A DNA stretch of 64,000 bases from Dicyema japonicum (lineage: Eukaryota; Animalia; Dicyemida): NCBI GenBank assembly GCA_011109175.1, contig RDEW01000021.1, positions 11,080 through 75,079 on the forward strand, given 5' to 3'. The notes below the pieces were generated by a model that ran no database searches, was not told the origin of the DNA, and saw only the letters and a list, made by a program, of their open reading frames with translations. The position numbers and the translations under genes are program-made. Position 1 is the first letter of the stretch. Every line of letters begins with the position of its first letter. Shown here piece by piece: positions 37,967 through 50,148 of the stretch.

Positions 37967-39298
37967 CAGAGCTTTTCAATAATAATTCTCGCGGCACACT
38001 AATCGTAAAAAAATAATCCACGGCACACATTAAAAAATAAAAAATTAAATTTTTAAGATGTGTAAAACTAAGTACTAAAATTGGTAATTTAATTTCCAAA
38101 TTTTTATTAATAAAAAAATGAAATCTTAATTATTATTGTTTTTGCATATATCATCAATATCAGGTCGAATGGTTGACAAAGCCACCCGCATTTCAGCATC
38201 AATGTTTCTCAAACTTTCACGTTTGTTATATTTCATATAAAAACCTGTTTCGCATAAATAGATCGTAGAAAACTGTAAAATTATGGTCAGTGCTTGTTTT
38301 GATAAACTGGGATATATGTTTCGAATATATATCCAGAATTCTCCAATGTCTAACTCCGTCATCATTAATTTTAAGGATCGATCATTAAACAGTGCAATAA
38401 GTTTTCATTTTCTTTAACAGATAAGTGTTTTGATTCTGACACAAGAAAAGGATTTCGTATCTAAAAAATATTTAAAAAATAATAACCCAATCGAATTTTT
38501 CAATTTCTAAGTCTGGAAAATAAGCATCCATTTTGTTTTCCAAAATTATTAAATGTTCATTAATCAGTCCCTGTATCAATCATCATTATATCCTTATTAT
38601 AATTAAAATATAAAATAAACCAATATCCGTGGATTCATCTAGTTGTAATGAAAACCGAGTTTCTTTAATTTTTTGTTCATATTTAAGGCCAAACATAGTC
38701 CGAGCAATAATACGACAAGCAGGGCTTATTTAGTTTTCGCCAATAGTGTTTGGTTTTAATTGTTTTGCTATCAATTCTGGATCAGGTATGAATATTTCAA
38801 TGATTCTTTTGTGTTTACAATAGTTTCACTGAACATCATTTGACTAGATCTACGATTCATAGTAAAAACTAAAAATACTAGTATTGTTTTTTCAAATGGA
38901 TAAAATAATTCACAGATTTTTCGGAATAGTCCGGATGCTTGGAAGTAAAATACATCATTTGCCAAGAGTTAAATGTAAATTAGACATTGAGGTAGTTTAT
39001 TTTTATCTTTGCATATAAATCCAAATGACAATTAAGAATCTTTATAATAACGATGAACTGATTTATCCATAAGCACGTTGATGTGCACGTTATTAAAAAA
39101 TTAATTAATAATGGTTAACCAATGTTAATGTCATTTAATATATAATAAAAAAATGATTATTTTAATTTTAGTAATTATTTTAATTTGTTTATCTTTTTAA
39201 ATTAATTAGGTCAAAAAATGTATATAAATATATTCAAATTTGTATTTGGCAGGCGGCACACTAGAAATTGTCTCCGGCACACCGTTTGACAACCTCTG
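37967..39298 (-). mobile_element. hAT (Buster/ZBED5-type) deletion derivative
   Basis: Imperfect TIRs CAGAGCTTTTCAA / TTGACAACCTCTG; TSD ctttaggg/gcttaggg; cggcacac subterminal repeats; FSTIYLCETGF..MRVALSTIRPDI in 38126-38365. Confidence 0.88.
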
Positions 39299-39737
39299 GC
39301 TTAGGGGCTTTTAGAAGGAAGCCACGAACAAATTTACCCTCAATAATGAAAATCGATCTAAAACATGTTAAAATGGCATTAAAAGACACAGATGATCTAG
39401 ACAGCCTCGGAAAAATCGCAATCTCAGAGAAGAACGCAAAGGAGTCTAACAGACAGGATCATTCGGGGGTGGCACAAGTGACGGGAAGGATAGAACTTTT
39501 CTACTGCGAATGTGCATTATAATAATGACAATAATAACTATCAATACTAGATATTTAAAATTAAATAAATACTAGATACATGAAGAAACCCCCTTCCCCC
39601 CTTTGTGGAGATTAATCCAGGACTCCAAAACTGATGTAAACACTGGATCACTTTTTTAGACCGGTGGTTCTCAACCTTTATTTCCTGTTACTCATTTTGA
39701 AATTTCATCGCTCATGAGTAAATTTAACTCATTCTAG

Positions 39738-39910
39738 AGGATGGGTCAGTGTAATAAGTTCCGGAACAAAATCATGAGGTCCCCAGTTCAAATCTCACTG
39801 CTATCTATTCGGTTGAAGATTCCACGCATCTCCGATGCTTTGGCTTGACGAGTGACGCCGTAATCAATGAAAATCTCACTCTGGAACTAGATCGTCTATA
39901 AAGGACTCAC
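39738..39910 (+). mobile_element. Putative tRNA-derived SINE, copy 2
   Basis: B-box-like CAGTTCAAATC; colinear with 33483-33657; followed by an A-rich tract. Confidence 0.6.
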
Positions 39911-39914
39911 ACCC

Positions 39915-40030
39915 AGCAAAAAGAAAAAATAAGTTAAGAACATTTCCTTGGTTCTGCCTCATCGATTAGTTATGATAACTGTCTTTACGTGAGAGGAGCT
40001 ATAGCTAATATGGCTCTGCGTAAAGTGCAG
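39915..40030 (+). repeat. Unclassified interspersed repeat (second copy ~41138-41270)
   Basis: Shared catcgattagttat.ataactgt and agctaatatggctct.cgt blocks. Confidence 0.7.
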
Positions 40031-40044
40031 TATTTATTTATAAT

Positions 40045-40430
40045 TATAATCTTCCTTTTTGAAGCCCGGAAACCACTAGTCTGGGACGTTACCTCACCGA
40101 CACGTTTGCCACTTGCAACCTACTCCAGAGTGCCTTTGGAGCCTGTTCTGCTGCTGAGAAGGCGGAGAAGATGAAACGGGAAAAGTACACGGTCCTACCT
40201 AAGGATTATTTGTTTGTTCCACTCGCTTTTGAGATGTCTGGTTTCCTTGCGCCTGCGACGCTGGAATTCTTGAGACGTCTAGGGAATCGGATCGCTACAC
40301 GAACAGGAGACTCTCGTGAGCGCTACTGGTTATTTGAGCGAATCTCGCTCGCCATCCTGAGAGGGAATAGCCACTCAGTCAGAACAGCCGCTATATAACC
40401 GTTTACTCTTTTCTTTCCTTAATAAAATTT
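40045..40430 (+). mobile_element. CRE-like 3' fragment, close to 27030-27390
   Basis: WDVT..EKMKREKY..FVPLA.E.SGFLAPATLEFL..WLFERISLAILRGNS plus a shared 3' UTR ending in aataaaa. Confidence 0.9.
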
Positions 40431-41399
40431 TATCTATTATAAATTCCCAAAAATATAAAACTCATCGCTCAGGTTGAGATCCACTAATTAAGACGATAAT
40501 TCTTGTTTTCTTTATTTTTGTTCCTGAGTTGATAAATTAATTTCATTCCTGTCGGATACGAATCTGACTGGAAGTAAGGAAGGGGAACCTCCAATTAAGA
40601 CGAAGGTGGATACCTCTCAAGGAGACCCCTTATCAACTATTTTATCTATCAACTACCTTGAATCTGTTCTTCAGGATCAAAGGCCATTCCTCTGAGAAGG
40701 AACGAGCATAATAGCGTACCCAGATGATGTTGTTTTAATTTAGAATTATATAGAAACACTTTATTAGAGAATGCTAGGCTCCCTTCTCAAAAAAAACATA
40801 AGAAAAACATTGGTAAACACCGGAATACACAAGATCAAGAAAACCTGGTTCACCCGTAAAAGCCTCGACTTGGGTACAGGAGTCCTTCTGTATAATGCAC
40901 TGTGAAACCCATACTCCCATACAACATGGGTACCCTAACCTGCACAAGACAAGAACTTTTTACGAAGATCAACTTGGATATATCCTTTCCTCTTGAAACT
41001 ACTATACTATAAAATATTAGATTTGCACGTCTGATTGCATTGAGCGTGTAAAATTAGTCACAATCGATTTGGGTCAAAATATTATAAAAGTGGTTTTTAT
41101 TATATAAAAATTAGTTCTATAAAGTACATGCACACAACGAAAAGAAAAAAAAGTGAATATCATTTTTGGTTCCCCCACATCGATTAGTTATAATAACTGT
41201 TCTTTGCTTAAATAAAGTGTGTGTCCTACCTGAGCGGAGCTAATATGGCTCTACGTATAAGTGGTATTTTAATAGTTAGTTAGAGACTAGAAGAGAAGGG
41301 TACCAAGTTAGTAATGTTAAAACTTCTGATCCACTTTGGTCCTAAGGAGAAAACCCTCGATCCGTTCTACTACCACCACGCTCCTTTTTTTTTTACCCC

Positions 41400-42200
41400 A
41401 AGATCACCGGATTAGAAAAAGTTTAAAGTTAACTACTAACTAAGTGATCCCGGTTTTCCGGGTTCTGGCTCTCGTTCGGGGTCCTCGAAGATCCAACAGA
41501 ATTGGTAAAAACAGGGACGGTCTCATTCTCCATAGATTTCCCCCATTTTCTAGATAGTCAGATATAGAGAGTGAAAGCGGACAGCCGGTTTTCATTGCCC
41601 ACTGTAGAAGATGACTTCACTCTCCACCTTAGGTGTTCTTTAACATTCAATACGTTATCCAGTTTTCTTATTTATTATTTTGTGCGGCTTCTAATTTTTG
41701 AGACGACGATTCAGAAATCATCGAGCTCCAGGAGGGACATGCGTATTCGATTACTAGCAGTTTGTATTGTCTATAAATTTTCTGTGGTAAGAAGGTGTTG
41801 TGCCCGATTGGTGATCGGGACAAAATTTTCAATATGTTGGTCCTCATCCTGACCTTTGTAATAACGTCATTGACGTTTTGGCCGAATGTCAAAAGAGTAT
41901 CCAACTTTAATCCCAGTATTGTTGGAAAGTTATTCATAGGAATTTCATATCCAAACAATTTGATTTTGTGAGAGTATAATGATCTATATGTGGAGAAAAT
42001 TGTTATAAACGACTTTCCTGTAGAAACTTCCAGTCGATTTGATATGAGCCAATGTTCCAACATACAACTTTGAAGTTTTATCTCTGCCTTCTCATAGTTA
42101 GAATCTCTCGTCGAAAGAACAATGTCATCTGCGTATGAGAGTATCAATGTATCGGGATCGTCATTGGTGTACAGGTTGAAGAGCACTACCACGCTCCTTA
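41400..42200 (-). mobile_element. LINE RT 3' fragment (GGGATCAC-end family)
   Basis: LFNLY, SYADD, PTILGLKLD, IEYACPSW (ORF 41668-42192); terminal gggatcacttagttag at 41444-41451. Confidence 0.85.
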
Positions 42201-42459
42201 CTAATTTGATCAGGGTTTCCTCCTCTTCTATGCTTCTTCACCTCTTTTACGAAGGGCCAGCTTGATTGCCATCCTCCTCGCCTTGTCCAAAAGATTGATT
42301 ATTCTTTCTCTTTTGGGGAAAAAATTCCTCCACATCCGTAGATGAGAGAGGGTAGAATAATTTTTTAAAAAATAAAGATAAACGTCTCCTTCTTCAAATC
42401 GAGTTTTCGTAGACACATATTCAACATAATCTCTCTGCATCCACTCAGTGTGTACCCCT

Positions 42460-44100
42460 GTTGAAAAAAACTTTATATAGTGTGAAATTCACTCGACTTT
42501 TGACTTTTCCATTGAGAGACTCAAGTCACGGGATTTACATCACCAGAGAATTTCTTCCAAAAATCCACGTAATCTTCTTTCAGACACCACCTAAATAAAC
42601 ACGTTAGTACTAGAATTCCCTGGTGCCGGGAAATCTCTTATAAATGTATTAAAGAGCAGAGGACTCAAGACTGAGGCTTGTGGCACTACCTTCTTCATTG
42701 TAATCTGTTCAGCAGTCAATCCTCCACATCCCACAAATGATCTTCTCCCGCCAGAAGATTCCTTAATCAGTCGAGTTTCGACTAGTTGACAAAACAGTGC
42801 GTCATGTCAGACACTACGAAAGCCAAAGCAGACGACACTAAGATGATATTTGAAGATCCTGGCCTTCTCAATCTCAGAGTTCAAGATGAAAAAACAATCT
42901 CCACAGATCTTCCTCCTTTCCAGGTTTTGGGATCATCTGAATAATGGACTCCATTTTTATTGACTTCTTTAAATAAGAAATCTATAGTCTTCTGAGTAAC
43001 TCGTATTCTTCTCTTTAGAAATTCTAGGTCCACATAATCCCGTCTTAACTTTGTCCGAAGGCGAGTTCGTTCTCTGCTTGATATGGTAGGGACAGCAGCT
43101 TTAGGATCTCCAGAGAAAACAGGTTTCGAAAAACAATGTATATTCTCCCCATAGCACTCACAATGTGCTAACATAGTCCACATCACCGGTCAACAACATA
43201 GACGTCGATAAAACATAGATTATCCGTCATGAATGTCCTGTACGACTCCAATTGACATTATTAGTATCAAATTTCATAAAAAACCCCACAATACATGGTC
43301 AATTTTAAATTAACACATAAGACTTGGGGAATATGGTCGCTTCCTGTATCTCTAACTAGGAGTATCCACATGGGCAATAAGAGGTGAAGACACCAGAAAA
43401 ACATTTGCACAAAAATTTTTCATAGCCAATAAAAACTCGGTCAAACCTGGTTAACTCAACATTAGGGGACTGGTAGCTTGGTTCTGGTTCACAACCACTA
43501 CGAAACAAACTATTTGGTAGTTTCTTGGTAAAGGCTGTTCACAACAATAAGTCATATTTATTGATTATGCCTCATTAATTGAATTTGATGTCCTTATTGA
43601 AGAAAATAAATATGATACTCTTGGCTGTCTCTTTTAGTGAAAGCAATCCTGAGTAATGTCTGTTGATATCTCCATAAAATTTATTTAATCCATAAAACTA
43701 ACTAGTTAGCCTAATTTTTGTTGAAATGAAACAAACTAAGCTATTTGGTGGTATTTCGATACTTTATGGACTTTGAAAAATATGACCCTTCCCATCCTGC
43801 TAGGTCATTCCTTGGAAGGTTTCCAGTAAACTTTACTCACTGGACGTCTATTTAGATGTGTTATTAAGTGATGTATCTTCGGCTGCGTCGACCATGGTAA
43901 CCAGACACATTTGGTTGGTTTTCTATTGTTAGCATCATCATATTTACTAACACCGTTCTTAGCAGGTGATCCTCCAAGTTCTTTCAATTTTGGGCTGGTG
44001 GGATTCGTAAACGGATCCTGCGTTTATTCCAGGTTCAGAACTTTGAGTTTCCGATCTCTCATGTGTCTGTCAGCTACCGTATTCTCACCAGGGGGCTTCG
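42460..44100 (-). mobile_element. Degenerate jockey-like LINE related to 7840-11060
   Basis: DTGSDHIP (~43340), linker similar to 9380-9620 (RERTRLRTKLRR..DL), VPQASVLSPLLFN (~42650-42690). Confidence 0.65.
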
Positions 44101-44309
44101 TCATACATAAAGCTATAAAGACACTGTGTGCAATAGAGTTACGTCACTAGCTCATATTCAGACTAACCACGTGGTTGATGTTAAATTAAAAATTAATTCA
44201 TTTTTAAGGTTCTTTTGAATCTTTATCATTTTAATTTATTTAGAATATAATTTAATAATAACTCAAAAATTATATATTTAAAATTTTCCGAATAAAATAA
44301 AATTTTTGA

Positions 44310-44963
44310 ATGGCAAAAGACACAAAGGAACCTAGTTTTTTATTTGCAATTCAATGGGAACCTGGTTTACTGGAAGTATTGGACTGCTAATTTTAAAGGA
44401 CGGTGCAACATTGCCTCCAGGAAACCAATCTAATTCATGGACGATTCATGGTCTTTGGAAGGTAAGACGAGAACACCTTGAAGGAAACAACTTTGACATT
44501 AGTAAACTGGAGCCAATCATTGCCGAACTAAATAAATACTTTTCTACGGCCTACAGGGGTACATCGACTGAAGAATTCTTGTATTTTAAATTCACCCAAC
44601 AGATCACACGAATGGAAAAAACATGGGATTCATTTCAGGGACATTCTCGGAGGAGAGCTTGGATACTTCAAAAAGACATTGGATCTCCTCTATGAAATAG
44701 GAATGGACGAGTAAGGTGTTTTATGAGGTTTAGAATTTTAAAAAAACATAATATCATTCCTTCTTCTGATAAGTTATTCTCAGTATTAGTTGCTATAATT
44801 TTAGCATGCGGATATTCAAGCAGCCATAGTGGAGGAGAAGGGTATAGAAGTCGATATTCGAAACAAGGGCAATAATCTAAGTCAAATTTATATCCATTTG
44901 GATAAAGATTTCAATTTTATTAATTACTGGCGAGACTACCGTTATCTCCCGTTTGAGCATTAA
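44310..44963 (+). CDS. RNASET2: Ribonuclease T2 family protein, 187 aa, cysteine-free, no signal peptide
   Basis: Introns 44376-44398, 44581-44602, 44711-44733, 44783-44804 give a 564-nt open frame with FAIQW, CAS I WTIHGLW and CAS II FLSHEWKKHG. Confidence 0.9.
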
Positions 44964-46819
44964 CTCATTTCTGTCTCGTTTGGTTATTAACATGGTTTTT
45001 CTCATTTTATTTGCATAATCGATTTATTCGATTTTAATTCTACGTGCCTAACATATTAGTGGTTTTTGACTATATTCACTGAAATAATGTGAAAGTACAC
45101 AAATGTTAAATCTTCATCAATCCAAAAAAACAGTGGACAGCACTGTTGTCTCTTGGTAAGGATGACTATTTATTCGACTTCCAAGATACCAAAAATGCTG
45201 TTAGGCTGTTCAATAAACTTCATGAGGCATGGTACTGCTGTTAGGCTGTTCAATTAACTTCATGAGAATTTTCAATTTGGTCAGTTTAGTTTATTTTCAA
45301 GTGGCAATTTCAATTTCCTCAAGTAGACTTGGCCTAGTGGTTAATCGGTCGGGGAGTTGAACCTAGCTGTCATCTCCCCAAAGTTAATATTGTCTCTTTC
45401 CTTTCGGATACATCATTGGATACGCAAATCTTCAGATGCGAGGAAGCATTGAGTACATCAATGTCACAATTAGGATCCCTCCTTCCCAAATTTGATGACT
45501 ATGGATAAGTCTGTATTGAGGCGGAACAATTATTAATTCCCAATCTTCTTAAGTGTACTTTTTGCTTGAAATCGATAATTAATGTAGGTTAAATATGCTA
45601 ATAATGTGGTTTTCAGTTTGACCAACCTAAAGGACAATGAACTTCACAGGAGTTATCTTTATTCGGAAACAGAAACAAAGAATTTAATGACAAATCATGC
45701 TTCAAGACAATGGGCATTGTTAACGGTGGTTATGAAAACACCCAGGAGCTGTGTGAACGATTCCCATTCGCTAGACACTACCAAACAAACAAAACACAGT
45801 GGACATTTTCTGTCTCTGAATGAGTCTTTGAAGAACACTGTCTTGTGAATCTTCAAATTTTAATATTAAAAAAACAACTTTTTCGTGGTTAAATGGTCTC
45901 TTCGACATAACTTTAATAAGTTCGTCCACCGATAAGAAGTTAGCAGTCATAACTGTCTCTGAATTAGTCTCTTCATATAAGAACACTGTCTTGTGAACTA
46001 ATTTAAGGTTTTTCAATCTTCAGAAAAGCTGTATTACGAACCCAACCCCATTATTTACCTGTTTACTTCAACCAACACCTTTTAGGAAGTCTTTAGTGGT
46101 TTGACCTATGCGAGCGAGCTCTCACATGAGTGTGAGTAACTTTGCACCCTAGAGGCTCCGAATAAATAGTACCGGCAGAATACTATCCTTTTTAAATTCC
46201 TCTTAGGTTTTGAACTTCTTGATGCAATTTTTGTTATAGGGTATTCACTAAACATTCCGTTTATTCTCCGTTTATCCCTAACGGTATTCACTAAACTTAT
46301 AAACTCTTTTCGGTCAACTGAGTCTTTCTTTCATTGCCTTCAACTCATTGCCACATGAATAACTCAAAATATATCAACAAGTGTTCTTTCATGGATCCCT
46401 GACATTCATACATAGTTCGAGGCAGGATTATACGCTTATTTGGTCATTAATTTGTGTTGCACTGGCATACAGGTAATCGGCCTCAGTAGGTGATTTAGGG
46501 TATCTATATAGGGTTACATTACATGGTCTCATTGTATAACCATTTGGGAATAACTCGTGAGTTGGGAGGTAGTCTCTTAGAATAGTACTCAAAGGTTCAT
46601 GGGAGAACTTGATATTTTTTGACTGGGAATATATTTCTTGGTTACTCTAATTATCCTTTAGTTACTCTGATAATATTGGGAATAGTCCCCTCACGAGTAA
46701 TGGCTATCTCCCACATGATGGCAATCTGATTCAAGTTCGACACAGTTTTTCATCCCCCTGTGCAATCGTTGATAGAAGAGTCCATGATTAAATTATACGT
46801 GCAATTTACCGTCTTAACC

Positions 46820-48900
46820 AATAACTAATATTCAGGTGATCCCGGCATCTCTCAATAATCGGGCCATTTTTTCTCGATGCTCCGACCGTGATCCCACACA
46901 TTTTCTATACGGACGGAGGTCTTTTTCCCTTCCTCTTCTGAAATTGCCACCAGTTTCCTCTATGATAGACTCGAGTGCTCTGGGGGCAATTTTTTTATCT
47001 GTATATTTTTCCAGTAATTTTTTGCTCTTGACTGGATCTCTTGAATTTTTGTTAGGTTCGTTGCCGACAGGTTAGATCCCCACGCAGCAAATGCATAGCC
47101 TATTGTTGGCTCGACATACTGCTCGTAGAGGGTCCCGATACCTGGCAGATAAATTCCTCCACAGTTCCAAAGGAAAACTTTCACAAAATTGATCTTCTTT
47201 GCACAGGTTGATGTGATGGATTCCACATGGGCTGAAAAGCAGAGGAAAGTATCAAAAGTTACTCCCAGTATCTTCTGCGATTTCTTTTGTGGTATTGGCA
47301 CTCCATTTAACGTGACATCAATTGTTTGCGTTCCCATCTTTCTATTCTTAGTAAATAGAGTGACTGCTGACTTTCCGGAACATGAATTTAATCGATTTTT
47401 GCACAACCATCCAAATATGTTATTTAGTATTCCTTGTAGTCTTTACTTAGCATGTTCGACATTTACGTCTCTAGATGCGACAACTATGTCATCGGGATAA
47501 GAAAGTAGCATGACATTATTATTCATTGGTACGGGGAGATCACTCAAAAACAAATTAAAAAGGATTGGTGACAGAGGAGATCCTTGGGGTACACCATTGG
47601 GTAATGATCCCGATCTGGAACTCTTGTTTCCGAAGGACACTTTCCCTCGGCGTCCACTTACGAAATTTGCTAACCATAACTTTAATGTTTCATCAATTTT
47701 TGTCAAAAATATTTTTCTTATGAGGATCTTTCTTGGGACAGAGTCGAAAGCTTTTTGAATGGCGATCGTACATATGACCGATTTTTTTTGTTTTGGCTTG
47801 TTCTTGTGTCCTTCAGTTATAAACTTCATTAATGTTGTTAGGAAGGAGGTTGTTGATAATCCTTCCTTGAAGCCATGTTGGAATGTAGGTTGTGGGAGAG
47901 AAGGGCGAATAAGTTTTAGGACCAGTTTCTCCAGGATCCTCGACAAAACACATATAAGGGAAACTGGTCTGTAAGAGTCGGGATCGTTCTTCAGTCTTCC
48001 CGGTTTCAATATTGGACAAATTTTATGAATAGGCTTCGGTACAAAACGTGGCTCGCAATTCAGCTTCATTATCATTGAATGGTGGTCACTCCGGAGGTCA
48101 TAACGGACCGTCCAATTAATGATCGGGGAAAGACGAGGCGAGCAGATTGATAAGTCCGGAGATGTCACCATGTCCTTCGTGTTGTATGGTCCTAGTGTTC
48201 TTTTTCCGGTTGTTGATGATTATTAAGTTTTGCATTTGGGATAATAGCAGGTCTCTCCTGTTATCAGCGACCTGGTAGCGGAACCAAGAAGGGTGCTTTG
48301 CATTCAGGTTTCCACATAAAAGCAAGTTCTCCAGTTTGTCCAAGGTAGATAGGTCAAAGAAGAAATATTTCTTGCAGGAAGCAGGAGGAGGAACATAAAC
48401 ATTCCCAATTTCAATTTTTCCAATGGAAGTTATAACAGAGATTCCAATTATCTCCGTGTTCGAGTCTTCTATTAAGCTCTTGTAAGGAGAAAGGTTCTCG
48501 AGGTATTTTATTCCTTTTCTCGCAAGAGTCAGTAGACCCCCTCCTTGGCCAGATGGGCGGTCGGATCTTACTGTGTTGTATCCGTTAAAGAGAGGAGTAG
48601 GAATGTTATTTGAAAGCTTCGTTTCCTGAAGAAGGCAGATGTCTCTGTTCCTCTCCAAGAATAAGAAAAGTTCGGCAATCTTTCCTCTGCTTTGGATTGT
48701 TAACTTCTTTGGGCCTGGAGTTTGTTCCACATCTGCTGAGGTCAACAGTCTCAATCGATAGAATGTTCCAACAGTGAGAGAATGCCGTCCAGTAAGAAGT
48801 CCTCTAGTTGGTAGAGAGCAAATGGTTCTTTTTAGATATAGTTTAGGACTATATCCGACGCCACCAGAAACGGTGAACCACATGACGCACTCTAAATAAG
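46820..48900 (-). mobile_element. APE-RT LINE with large internal deletion
   Basis: DICLLQETKL, GNVYVPP, CGNLNAKH, SDHH joined directly to PILKPG; FQHGFK, GVPQGSPLSP, SYPDD; 3' gggatcac at 46836-46843. Confidence 0.9.
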
Positions 48901-50148
48901 AATGTATATGTTACATGGTTTTACGTTGTATAACCACATCCTATAAGGAAATAAGGCACAATAATGAAGACGAGGGGTGCATGGTTGAGTAGTTTCAAGT
49001 TAACCATATACGAACTGAGTGACATTTTCAAACCAATTGATATTATTTTGTACTTTAATATAATAAATCAATCATTATTGTTTTGATTAAATAAGTTTGA
49101 CATTAAAATAGTAATTTTGTCGCAAATCAATGAATGTTGTGATAAATGATTGTTCTAAGACAGTGATTGATTAGTCTTTCAAATATTAAATTTAAGAGTA
49201 TTCTTCTTCCATCACAGGTTGTGTGGGCTCAAAGGGAGAACACTGATCCAAGTAGAGGGTTCTGCTGGGACGTGTGGGGATCACACAGTCCTGGTAAGAT
49301 AAATTCACTCCTTAACCGGATTATGGCGACTTTCCTAAATGAATTTTTTGTAATTGGTCGCGTCTCTGATCAATCAAATACTCTGGTTACAATTTTTTAG
49401 AGTCTTTATGGTCACTTTGATTGATTCAGTGATCATCGACTTGTACTGTAAGGGATAAATGACAAAGTGTACAGAAAGAGATATGATTTATTTTTTTCTT
49501 ATTTTTTGAATCCTTAAATTTATTTTACTCTGTCTTTTGGGACTAAGAATTTATGGGGGGGGAAATTCACCCCCAAAACCACACTTACCATAGTTAAATC
49601 TATTCCTGAAATCCAGTTAAGAAGAGGATTGAGGATTTTAATAAATGAAAATCTCCAGCAATGTAACAGTGAGGAATATGAGGTTGGCTATGAAACTACT
49701 GTTTTGTATCAACCAACTAGGACCATTAAAAGATGGTTCATTTTAGTTTTTAAATTGTTAATGATATTGCTCATATGATGAGGTGGGAACCTACACAAGA
49801 CCGTAAGGTGATCCCGTACTCTTCACCCTCCCTGAATTTCCACTAAATCTATATTGTCTCGTAACAGTTGCACGTGGGTTAACTGAGGGAATGAACCCAA
49901 ACTAAAATCAATCTGCCATTGTCTTTAATTATGAGACAATTAAGAAAACTGAATAATGCGACTAGAACATATGTGGTGGTTCTCATTAAAGAGGATATTT
50001 GGAGTAAGTCGAGTTGCAAGAAAGAGAAGTATTTTCTGCAAATATGTCCCAAAAACAAAAATGTAAAAATAAATTTTCTATAATTTTATGTTAGTTATAT
50101 TTATAAGGCTTTGTTATATTTTTCACAGCCAAGTCAAAATATATTCAT

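Noticed and set aside
44462-44483. 22-nt GTAAG...AAG segment as an intron in RNase T2
   Set aside because: Removing it shifts the frame to an early stop; the unspliced spacing between HGLW and FD fits the family.
45330-45400. tRNA gene (TGGCCTAGTGG A-box-like)
   Set aside because: No cloverleaf or proper T-arm.
46300-46800. Gypsy integrase remnant on the minus strand
   Set aside because: Only vague similarity with many stops.
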